From an uncultured Thermodesulfobacteriota bacterium (GTDB taxonomy: Bacteria; Desulfobacterota; S145-22), in the NCBI GenBank assembly GCA_964589315.1, contig CAZPTH010000001.1, positions 1-44,505 on the forward strand: a stretch of DNA of 44,505 nt. Reading direction: 5' to 3'. This document shows positions 35,736 to 44,037 of this stretch, one piece after another (position 1 is the stretch's first letter; each line of letters opens with the position of its first letter). The notes beneath the pieces are model-generated. The model searched no databases, was not told where the DNA came from, and was given only the letters and a program-made list of their open reading frames with translations. Both the position numbers and the translations under genes were made by a program.

Positions 35736-37670
35736 TTACGTTATGGAAAGAACCGCCTTGTAGGCATCGTGAATGGCATAGTAAATCGTCCTCGGTTCCT
35801 TGGCGTCTCCGATCACGAAGAGGCGATTCGCCTTTCCCTTCAGCCGCCTTCGCAGAATTGCCTGGGCGTGGTTTCCCATGGCCAGGACGATCTTGGTTGG
35901 CTTCACCATGAACTTCTTTCCCTCGCCATCGGCCAGAATGGCCCCCTCCGGGGTAATCTCCCTGAGAGACATCCTCAGGAAGACCTGGAGCTTTTCACGC
36001 GCCATCCGTTTTAAGAGGTCCATCCGGGAAATCTCCTCCAGGTCTCCGGCAAGACGGTCTTCTTTTTCAATCAGGATCACCCGGTTCCCCAGGGACTTCA
36101 GGAATAAGGCCAGTTCACACCCCGTGACACCCCCGCCAACCACCAGGACATCCTCGTCTCCCTTGGGGCAATGCCCATCGAGACACTGCACGGGAGTGAT
36201 AATCCGTTCATCCTTGATCCCTGGAAGAATGGGGATGGAAGGAACAGAGCCCGTGGCGATAACGACCACGTCGAGAGGTGTCTCCGGATTCTGGGGATCG
36301 AACTCTGTGCCCAATCTCACATCCACATTTGATTTCTCCAACTGCTGCTCAAAGAATCGCAACAGGTCGTTGATCCGGTGCTTCGTCGGCATGGAAGCAA
36401 AGAGCCGAAGCTGCCCCCCAATCCATGGATTCTTCTCGAAAAGAACCACCTGATGGCCTATTTTGTCCGCCTGGAGGGCGGCGGTAATCCCGGCGGGCCC
36501 TGCCCCGACTACTGTGACATGCCGTGACGAGGCAGGTTTTTTCCTCTTTCCAAGGCGGTTCTCACGCCCTACCTCCGGGTTGATGGAACACCCGATATAG
36601 TCGGTCAGGCGGTTCCCCAGGCAACCCTCATTACAGGAGATACAGTAGCGAATCTCTTCCGTCCGGCCCTCTTTCGTTTTCTTCGGCCATTCCGGATCCG
36701 CGATCAGGGCGCGTCCCAGGGCCACGAAATCTGCATCTCCCCGGGAGATAATCCCTTCTACCGTATCCGGATACCGAATATTCCCCACTGTGATGACCGG
36801 GATGGAAACAACCTCCTTGATTCCCTTGGCAAGATACACGCGCCAGCCTTCCTTGTAACTCATCGGCTCCAGGATCGTCATGAGACTCTCATAGATTCCC
36901 GCCGAGACGTGCAGGGCATCCACTCCGGCCTCTTCCAGGCGCGCAGCGATTCGCTTGCTCTCCTCCAGCTTGATTCCTCCCTCGACAAATTCCTCAGCGC
37001 TGAGTCGAAACAAGATGGGATAATCCTCTCCGACCGCCGCGCGAATCTTTTCGATGATGCGAAGGGGAAATCGCATCCTTCCCTCGAAATCGCCCCCGTA
37101 GGCATCCTCTCGATGATTCGTATATGGTGACATGAACTGTCCGATAAGATACCCGTGCGCCCCGTGTAATTCGATCCCGTCAAAACCCGCCTTTTTTGCC
37201 CTTTCAGCCGCTTTCACAAATCGGTTCTCTATCTCCTCAATCTCGTCCAGCATGAGGGCCCTTGGCTTTTCCTTGAGATGTTTACAGGGAATGGCCGAGG
37301 GGGCTACAGGCTGAAGTCCCCCCGTAAACTCCCGGGTGGTCTGGCGGCCAGCATGGTGGAGTTGCAGAATGGCCGGAACCTGGTGCTTGTGGATGGCAAA
37401 GGCCAGGCGCTTCAGCCCGGGCAAGAATCTGTCATCCGAAACACACAACTGCCGGACGGTATGTTTTCCCCGCGGTCCCTCCACCTGGCTGTTTTCCACA
37501 ATGATCATTCCCACGCCACCCCTGGCGCGCATCTCGTAATAGGCGAGCATCTTTTCGGAAACCTTACCCTCGTAGTCGGCAAAGTTCGTATCCACGGGTG
37601 CCATCACGAGGCGATTCGATAGCACCAGAGTGCCTATTTTCCCTTCAGAAAAAATGGAAGGATAGTTCAC
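35736..37670 (-). CDS. Old-Yellow-Enzyme-like FMN / [4Fe-4S] / FAD-NAD(P)H oxidoreductase (2-enoate reductase / 2,4-dienoyl-CoA reductase family)
   Basis: N-terminal OYE TIM barrel (LVMAPVDTNF, LQLHHAGRQ, GFDGIELHGAHGYLIGQFMSP). FeS motif CISCNEGCLGNRLTDYIGC. Two Rossmann folds (VTVVGAGPAGITAAL and VLVVGGGVTGCELAL). Confidence 0.88.
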   Translation of the reverse strand: MNYPSIFSEGKIGTLVLSNRLVMAPVDTNFADYEGKVSEKMLAYYEMRARGGVGMIIVENSQVEGPRGKHTVRQLCVSDDRFLPGLKRLAFAIHKHQVPAILQLHHAGRQTTREFTGGLQPVAPSAIPCKHLKEKPRALMLDEIEEIENRFVKAAERAKKAGFDGIELHGAHGYLIGQFMSPYTNHREDAYGGDFEGRMRFPLRIIEKIRAAVGEDYPILFRLSAEEFVEGGIKLEESKRIAARLEEAGVDALHVSAGIYESLMTILEPMSYKEGWRVYLAKGIKEVVSIPVITVGNIRYPDTVEGIISRGDADFVALGRALIADPEWPKKTKEGRTEEIRYCISCNEGCLGNRLTDYIGCSINPEVGRENRLGKRKKPASSRHVTVVGAGPAGITAALQADKIGHQVVLFEKNPWIGGQLRLFASMPTKHRINDLLRFFEQQLEKSNVDVRLGTEFDPQNPETPLDVVVIATGSVPSIPILPGIKDERIITPVQCLDGHCPKGDEDVLVVGGGVTGCELALFLKSLGNRVILIEKEDRLAGDLEEISRMDLLKRMAREKLQVFLRMSLREITPEGAILADGEGKKFMVKPTKIVLAMGNHAQAILRRRLKGKANRLFVIGDAKEPRTIYYAIHDAYKAVLSIT

Positions 37671-37804
37671 AGTCCTCTCCTTTTTTCAGGCCTAAAGGCC
37701 TTTTTTCTATCTTCACCCTCACCATGGAGGGGTTCAAACTCCTTGCCTTACCCCACGGACGGCTGCCCCTCAAAAGTCCCCTCTTCCGTCCAATCAAGAT
37801 TCCC

Positions 37805-39043
37805 TTAACGCTTCGTCCACGCGCGCATGGGATAAACAGGGGCCGCCCCGCGCCCCTTTCCCGGAAATACACTCACAACCTTGCCTTCCTGAACCTGGGC
37901 TACAACGGGTGAACAGGATGCACAGGCCCCGTCTTTACTGAAGCTCACCTTGCCATAGAAGGTCTCAACATGAATGGCACGAAGCTTCCCCAACAGGGCC
38001 TCTCGCCCCGCCTCATCAAAAGGCGGCTGTAATTTTAATGCTTCAAGGGCAAGCTGCTGGATCACGGCCGCCGCCGCGGCCGCCGCTTCGACATAGTCCG
38101 GGTGACGATTGTATTCCTTGAAATACGCCTTATCAAAGTCTGCCGCCGTCCCAAAAACCGGCCCTTTCCCCGGAGAGCGTGGCGTCCATTCAGCAGGTGC
38201 AAAAACATCGTCCGCATCTTTACCCAGTGATTTTACAAACTCTGCAGACGTGGGACCATAACTGAAAATCACCGCCTTCGGCGTAAAACCCGTCTCCTTC
38301 ATGGCCTTAACTATTTTAATAGCCATGGAAGTTTGAGAGCTCACGAACAGGACATCGGGGTTTTTCATTTTTATCTTCAGAAGCATAGAGCTGTAATTTT
38401 CGATCTGGACGGGAAAAAGTTCAAAATGCTCGATTGTGAAGCCCGCCATTTTTGAATACTTCCTGAACCCATCACACGCCGATGAGCCAAAAGCGGTATC
38501 GGGTCCGATTATCGCGACCGTCCCGGGCTTCGGGTTAAGGGCCTTGAGCATTTTAACACAACCCTGGATCTGTTCAGTCTCTTTGCTGAGAGTGGAGAAA
38601 AGAGATGTGAACCCCTGTTCAAAGAGTTTATCACTGCTAACTCCGCCAGAAATCATGGGAAACCTGTATTTCTCCGCTATGGCACCGGCCGCGGAGACCT
38701 GGGCATTCCCGATCCCCCCAAGGAGCAGATCTACCCCGTCAACAGTGACAAGCTTTTCGGTAAGTTTGGCACTCATTTCGGGATTGCCTTCGTCATCGTA
38801 AAAAACAAGTTCCACAGGATAGCGTTTTCCCTTGATAAGAAGCCCCCCCTGCGAATTCAATTTCTTTGCCCAGAACTTATAGGAATCCAGAACGCGCAGC
38901 CCGGTCTCAGCGAGCTCTCCCGTCAAGGGGAGTGAAAAGCCAAAGCTGATTTTATCCGCGCTGTAAGACCCATGCGGAAATACCAGGCCCCCAGCTAAAC
39001 AGACAATTATTAAAATAACCGGGAATTTTCCCAACCCTCTCAT
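37805..39043 (-). CDS. secreted Peripla_BP_6 (LivJ-like) solute-binding protein with no cognate ABC permease or ATPase in the window
   Basis: Signal peptide MRGLGKFPVILIIVCLAGGLVFPHGSYSA. This is followed by ISFGFSLPLTGELAETG...YDDEGNPE...DLLLGG, which is typical of cluster-4 branched-chain/aromatic-acid binding proteins. Confidence 0.85.
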   Translation of the reverse strand: MRGLGKFPVILIIVCLAGGLVFPHGSYSADKISFGFSLPLTGELAETGLRVLDSYKFWAKKLNSQGGLLIKGKRYPVELVFYDDEGNPEMSAKLTEKLVTVDGVDLLLGGIGNAQVSAAGAIAEKYRFPMISGGVSSDKLFEQGFTSLFSTLSKETEQIQGCVKMLKALNPKPGTVAIIGPDTAFGSSACDGFRKYSKMAGFTIEHFELFPVQIENYSSMLLKIKMKNPDVLFVSSQTSMAIKIVKAMKETGFTPKAVIFSYGPTSAEFVKSLGKDADDVFAPAEWTPRSPGKGPVFGTAADFDKAYFKEYNRHPDYVEAAAAAAAVIQQLALEALKLQPPFDEAGREALLGKLRAIHVETFYGKVSFSKDGACASCSPVVAQVQEGKVVSVFPGKGRGAAPVYPMRAWTKR

Positions 39044-39154
39044 ATATTGTCCTTTTAGTTTAAGTCCGTCCCCTTCCCCCAGTTTTCATGACCCCGAATT
39101 GATACCCATACCCGGACAATAAAACTTACCCGTAACCTAATCCGTGCCCAATGT

Positions 39155-39703
39155 TCAAAAGGTAGGGGGACTTACCACCCAGGCAACTACGGTCATCTTG
39201 TCGCTCTTATTTGCAAACCCATGGGGACGAACGGACGAAAAATAGAAACTGTCCCCCTCTTCAAGTTTGTAAGTTTTCCCCTCAACGGTCAATTCCATCT
39301 CCCCCGACAGAATGAGGCCAAATTCCTCCCCGATATGGGAATAAAGCCCCGAAGACCCTCCGCCAGGCTCAATGGTCGTGTAAAAGGCAACCATTCGCTT
39401 GTTCTTGGCGTTTTTAACCATGGACTGGATATGGGTCTTTCCCCCATCCTTAAAATCGATATCGATTCGCTCGTCCTTTCTCACAACGATGGGGTCTTCC
39501 TGAGCCTGGTCGATAAAAAAATCAATAATCTGAACATTGAAAACAGACGCAATCTTTTTGAGGGTAGCGATGGAAGGATTGGCATTTCCATTTTCAAGCT
39601 GGGAAATGTAAGATTCGGTGCAGCCCGCCTTCTGGGCAACCTGCTTCAGCGTCAGGCGATTCGCTTTTCTGAACTCCCTCAATTTCTTACCGATTATTTC
39701 CAT
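39155..39703 (-). CDS. XRE-family HTH transcriptional regulator with a C-terminal cupin domain
   Basis: HTH_3 domain: LREFRKANRLTLKQVAQKAGCTESYISQLENGNANPSIATLKKIASVF. Cupin_2 domain: HIGEEFGLILSGEMELTVEGKTYKLEEGDSFYF...PHGF. Confidence 0.88.
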   Translation of the reverse strand: MEIIGKKLREFRKANRLTLKQVAQKAGCTESYISQLENGNANPSIATLKKIASVFNVQIIDFFIDQAQEDPIVVRKDERIDIDFKDGGKTHIQSMVKNAKNKRMVAFYTTIEPGGGSSGLYSHIGEEFGLILSGEMELTVEGKTYKLEEGDSFYFSSVRPHGFANKSDKMTVVAWVVSPPTF

Positions 39704-39735
39704 AGCCCACCAAAGAAAATTAAATATTTCTTAAT

Positions 39736-39767
39736 TTCTTACAAAATACTACACTTTTTGTCAAGAA
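39736..39767 (-). promoter_or_regulatory. candidate promoter plus inverted-repeat operator of the XRE-cupin gene
   Basis: Minus strand: TTGACA (39764-39759), 17 nt, then TAAGAA (39741-39736). The same span is an imperfect inverted repeat, TTCTT(G)ACAAAA-N9-TTTTGTAAGAA. Further AAGAA/TTCTT repeats lie at 39713-39740. Confidence 0.3.
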
Positions 39768-39857
39768 AATTCCGCTTTTTCCTTATGGCAGGCGGAAGAG
39801 AAAAACATGAACCTTCTTATTTTTATTAGCTATTTCCTAATTTTTTCAAGGGGAGAA

Positions 39858-40529
39858 CTACGCGTCCAGATCGATTAAACCGATGCGGGCCGCGTATCGA
39901 ATCAGCTCAACCGTTCTATGGATCCCCAGTTTGTTCATGATATTGGCGCGATGATTATCCACCGTCTTTTTACTGATGAAGAGCTTTTCAGAAATCTCTT
40001 TTGTTGTAAGTCCCTCGGCAACGAGCCGCATAATCTCCTGTTCCCTTTTCGTCAAACGCTTGTAGGCGACATCAATCATCTTGGGAGCCCCCAAGATGGT
40101 CCCCATGAGATTTTCAGTAATTTCTCTGGAAAGAGAGGGATCCAGAAAATAGCGCCCCCGGGAAATCGCATCCAGCCCCTCGAGGAGAATGTCTGAAGTG
40201 GACTCCTTGACAAGGTATCCCGAGGCCCCGTTCCGCATGGCCTCGGTCACGTAATAAATTTTCGTATGCATACTCACGATGAGAATCCTGCACTCAGGAT
40301 GCACCTTCAGGGCCTCCCGGGTTAACTCGATGCCATTCCTGTCGGGAAGGGAGATATCCACAATCATAAAATCGGGGGTTAGTTTACTCACGAGCTTCAG
40401 GGCCTCCGCAGTCGATCCTGCCTCTCCGATAACCTCGTAACGGGAATCCCGAGAAAGGATACTTTTGAGCCCCAACCGGAACAGGGGATGGTCATCAACA
40501 ATCACGACCGTCTGTCTATCGCGCGTCAT
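39858..40529 (-). CDS. NarL/FixJ-family response regulator (REC + LuxR HTH)
   Basis: VVIVDDHPLFRLGLKSIL, MIVDISLPDRNG, and the LuxR HTH LTKREQEIMRLVAEGLTTKEISEKLFISKKTVDNHRANIMNKLG. Start set at ATG 40529, forming an ATGA overlap with the kinase stop. Confidence 0.9.
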   Translation of the reverse strand: MTRDRQTVVIVDDHPLFRLGLKSILSRDSRYEVIGEAGSTAEALKLVSKLTPDFMIVDISLPDRNGIELTREALKVHPECRILIVSMHTKIYYVTEAMRNGASGYLVKESTSDILLEGLDAISRGRYFLDPSLSREITENLMGTILGAPKMIDVAYKRLTKREQEIMRLVAEGLTTKEISEKLFISKKTVDNHRANIMNKLGIHRTVELIRYAARIGLIDLDA

Positions 40530-42658
40530 CCCGCTTTCTCCGGATTGATTGGGACTTTCACGAGGATTTTCGTCCCCGTGCCCTGTTGGGACTGAATCTG
40601 GATTTCTCCTCCCAGGAGCCTCGCCCTTTCCTGCATCCCCTGCAGTCCCATGCATTTCCTGGATAAAAGTTCATCGAACGACTCGGGGATCTGGAATCCT
40701 TCACCGTCGTCCTCCACCCTGAGAATGATATGGGGATGGGAGGCCACCAGCCGAACCTTGACGTGTTTCGCCCCGGCGTGTTTACGGATATTGTTCAGGG
40801 CCTCCTGGACGATACGGTAGAGATTGATCTGGAGGGTAAAATCCGGCTCCGTCTCCTCAACTCCCGCCGAAAGAAAATCGACCTCGATCCCATATTTTTC
40901 CCTGAATTCCTGGCAGAATGAATAAATGGCATGGGTAATACCCATCTTCTCAAAATGCGGGGGGCGAAGGTCATAGGACAGGTGGCGGATCTGCTCGACG
41001 GACTTTCGCAGGGTCCGCGAGAGTTCTTCAAACCGTGGCATGATTTCCGGGTACTTCCCGGCATACTCGTCCAGGAGGATGTTGCAGTCGATGAGGGCGC
41101 TGGAGAGATTCTGTGCCACGGTATCATGCAGGTATCGCGAGATGCGCAAACGTTCGATCTCCTCCGCCTCCGTGAGCCGCTTGTTCAGGGAAAAGATAAG
41201 CGCCTCGGCATTCTTGAAGTCGGAGACATCCAGGGCAAACCCGATGATCCCGATGATCTTTCCATTGATATCCCGGTAGGGAATCTTGTCGATCACCAGC
41301 CATTTTGGGACATTGTTGACCACCACCTTGGTGACGGTCTGGTGTTTCGCCCGTCCCGTCTTCATGATGAGCTCGTCCTCACGGGTAAATTCCTCCGCGC
41401 TGTAAACTCCAAACCCCAGGTCGAAGTAGGTTGCCCCCTTCAATGCCTCCTTTTTCTTGCCAAAAAAGTCCGAAAAGGCCTTGTTGACACGCAGAAACCT
41501 GTGTCGGGTATCCTTGTAAAAAATGGCGGCGGGAACGGAATCCAGGATAATCTCCAGCTCGTTGACGAGCGAGTCAATCTTTTCCCGTGCCGCTTCATAC
41601 TGGGCTATTTTCCGGGTGAGCTGCCGGTTTATTTTGTCAAGCCGAGCGGTTCGTTCCTTAACCTTTCTCTCCAGGTCTTCATTTTGTCTGCGGATAAGCT
41701 CTTCATACTGTTTCCGCCTCGTGATGTCGTGGGCAATCCCCTCGACCGCAACGACCTTTCCGTCTTCATGCTCAATAGAAATTTCCTGGACCTCCAGCGT
41801 GACGATCTCCCCGTTCTTACAAATCACCTCCACCTCATAGGGGGCTTGCCGGATCCCTCTGATGCTCAACTGGGTTGACTTTTCCGCCTTTTTATTAATG
41901 GGACTGTCCGTCAAATATTTGGTAACCGGCCCCAGAAATTCCCCGGGATCATATCCCAGAACATTTTTCACGGAATCGCTGACCTGGGTAAAGATTCCGT
42001 TCGTATCGTGACGATAAAAGAAATAGTCATCGCTCAACCTCTCGATGATCCGCTGCATCTTCCTCTCGCTGTTCTCGAGAGAATCACTCGCCTTTCGATG
42101 CTCCAGAACGTTGGCGATCATCTTGGCAACGATTTTTAAAAACGCGCCTTCCACCTGGGAAAGGGGCTCTCTCTTCTGAACCGTCCCGCAGCTCAAAAAA
42201 CCAAACGGGCCATCCCGACCGACAAGGGGAATCATGAATCCGTAACCGAGGCCCATTATCTCCAGCAGGTGCCTCTCCTGGGGAATCTCGGGCACAAGCA
42301 TCCCGATCCCAATCCCCTCCGAACCATTCGCAAGGTCATGCACCTTTTGGAACAGCCAGTTGTCACCCCTTTTTTCATACCCATGGATCTCGCCGAAGCC
42401 GGGAATACCGGACGTGCCGTTCAAGACGTGGGTTCTGAAAACCCTCCCCCCATCCATGGAAAAATGGAAAATCCCACAGAAATCGAAATCAACCGTTCTG
42501 GAAACCACGGTCAGGACATCAGAAATCTTTCCATCGATCTCTTCGTCATCGACGTTGATCAGGTCAATGGAAATGTTTGCGATGAGTCGCGCCAGGTCCT
42601 CGTGGGAACTGATGGAATAATCTCTCATAAATCGCACGCGCGTTGCATTAATAGACAT
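40526..42658 (-). CDS. cytoplasmic sensor histidine kinase (GAF - PAS - coiled coil - PAS - HisKA_3 - HATPase_c)
   Basis: H-box RYLHDTVAQNLSS, N-box EALNNIRKHAGA, and G-boxes DDGEGF and GLQGMQERARLLGGEI. I see no hydrophobic transmembrane segment. The start is ambiguous: ATG 42658 or TTG 42691. Confidence 0.88.
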   Translation of the reverse strand: MSINATRVRFMRDYSISSHEDLARLIANISIDLINVDDEEIDGKISDVLTVVSRTVDFDFCGIFHFSMDGGRVFRTHVLNGTSGIPGFGEIHGYEKRGDNWLFQKVHDLANGSEGIGIGMLVPEIPQERHLLEIMGLGYGFMIPLVGRDGPFGFLSCGTVQKREPLSQVEGAFLKIVAKMIANVLEHRKASDSLENSERKMQRIIERLSDDYFFYRHDTNGIFTQVSDSVKNVLGYDPGEFLGPVTKYLTDSPINKKAEKSTQLSIRGIRQAPYEVEVICKNGEIVTLEVQEISIEHEDGKVVAVEGIAHDITRRKQYEELIRRQNEDLERKVKERTARLDKINRQLTRKIAQYEAAREKIDSLVNELEIILDSVPAAIFYKDTRHRFLRVNKAFSDFFGKKKEALKGATYFDLGFGVYSAEEFTREDELIMKTGRAKHQTVTKVVVNNVPKWLVIDKIPYRDINGKIIGIIGFALDVSDFKNAEALIFSLNKRLTEAEEIERLRISRYLHDTVAQNLSSALIDCNILLDEYAGKYPEIMPRFEELSRTLRKSVEQIRHLSYDLRPPHFEKMGITHAIYSFCQEFREKYGIEVDFLSAGVEETEPDFTLQINLYRIVQEALNNIRKHAGAKHVKVRLVASHPHIILRVEDDGEGFQIPESFDELLSRKCMGLQGMQERARLLGGEIQIQSQQGTGTKILVKVPINPEKAG

Positions 42659-42716
42659 GGATAACCATTTTTCAAAGATTAACAGAAACAAGCTTCAAGC
42701 ACAACGTTTCCCGTCG

Positions 42717-44015
42717 TTACATCTTGCCCGGCAACCAGAGAACCAGCGCGGGAAAAAGCATGACAAGGATCAGGACGATCAGCTGCATGGTCACGAAAGG
42801 GGGGACAGATCGCCAGATGTCCCGCGTCTTTATCTCCGGAGGCGCGACCCCCTTCATCAGAATCAGGGCCCATCCGAAGGGGGGCGTCAGGTAGGCTACC
42901 TGCATATTCAGGATAAACAGAATGGCAAACCATAAGGGATCAAAACCGAGAACCCTCGCGATCGGGACAAAAATGGGGGCGCAAATCGTAATAATGGCGT
43001 AATCATCCATAAACATGCCGAAAATGAGGAGGATCACCTGCATGACCCCCAGGATAATCCAGCGGCTGACATGCAGGCCCTGCACGATGTCCATCACCAT
43101 TCCCTGGGCGCCCGCGCTGGTATAGACAACACCAAAAAGGGTGGCCGCAATCAAAATCCACAACGCCATCCCGCTGATTTTCATGGTCTCCACGCAGGAC
43201 TCCAGAAAGACCTTCCATGTAAGCTTTCCATAGATAATGCAGATGACAAACGCCCCTGTCGCCCCGATCCCGGCCGCCTCCGTGGGGGTCGCCATCCCCA
43301 AAAAGATGGACCCGAGAACAGACACCACCAAAAGCGCGGGGAGGACGATCTCTTTCAACGCCACAAACCTTATCTTCCAGGTAACATTCACGGCTTCCTT
43401 CGGGGCGATCGACGGCTGGAAATAACTTCGTATCAGGACATACGCGATGTAAAAAAAGGCGCACAAAAATCCGGGAAGCGCGCCCGCGAAGAAAAGTTTC
43501 CCAATGGAGATGCGCGCGATATACCCGAAGACGATCATGATAATACTTGGGGGAATGATGATGCCCAGAACCCCCCCGGCCATCACGCTCCCCAACGCCA
43601 GGGATGTGTCATAGCGGTGCCGCAGCATGGCTGGCACGGCGATCAGTCCCATCGTCAGGATTCCGGGGCCGAATCCCCCGCACATGGCCAGGGCCACGCA
43701 AACCCCGATGGAAACCACGGCCAGTCCCCCTCGAATTCCGGAAAGCCAGTGGTTCAGGGCATTGAAAAGACGGTCCGAAATCCCGGAGTAAACGAGAAAG
43801 TTCCCCATCAGGAGAAAGAGGGGAATGGTCATCAGCGAAGGGTCGGTTATCTCCATGTAGGTCGTTGTGGCGACCACATACAGGCTTTTCGCCCCGAAAA
43901 GGAGGTAACTGACAACAATACTGATCCCGCCAAGGGCGAAGACAACCGGAACGCCCAGGGCAAGAAGAAGGAGAAGTCCACCGAAAAGAAGAATCGTAAC
44001 CAGTTCAATACTCAT
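42717..44015 (-). CDS. dctM: TRAP transporter large permease subunit
   Basis: 432 aa and polytopic, with a DctM-type sequence (IPPSIIMIVFG, LTPPFGWALILMKGV). Confidence 0.92.
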   Translation of the reverse strand: MSIELVTILLFGGLLLLLALGVPVVFALGGISIVVSYLLFGAKSLYVVATTTYMEITDPSLMTIPLFLLMGNFLVYSGISDRLFNALNHWLSGIRGGLAVVSIGVCVALAMCGGFGPGILTMGLIAVPAMLRHRYDTSLALGSVMAGGVLGIIIPPSIIMIVFGYIARISIGKLFFAGALPGFLCAFFYIAYVLIRSYFQPSIAPKEAVNVTWKIRFVALKEIVLPALLVVSVLGSIFLGMATPTEAAGIGATGAFVICIIYGKLTWKVFLESCVETMKISGMALWILIAATLFGVVYTSAGAQGMVMDIVQGLHVSRWIILGVMQVILLIFGMFMDDYAIITICAPIFVPIARVLGFDPLWFAILFILNMQVAYLTPPFGWALILMKGVAPPEIKTRDIWRSVPPFVTMQLIVLILVMLFPALVLWLPGKM

Positions 44016-44037
44016 GAAGCCGACCCGGCATCCGACA

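Noticed and set aside
37688-37701. Short hairpin AGGCC-taaa-GGCCT flanked by T-runs between the binding-protein gene and the OYE gene
   Set aside because: The stem is only 5 bp. The T-runs are on the plus strand, where nothing is transcribed into it. On the operon (minus) strand it is flanked by A-runs, so it is not a convincing terminator or attenuator.
39044-39154. Possible sigma-54 promoter (TGGGCACGGATTAGG) upstream of the binding-protein gene
   Set aside because: The GG-N10-GC spacing of the -24/-12 elements is not satisfied, and no enhancer-binding protein gene is in the window.
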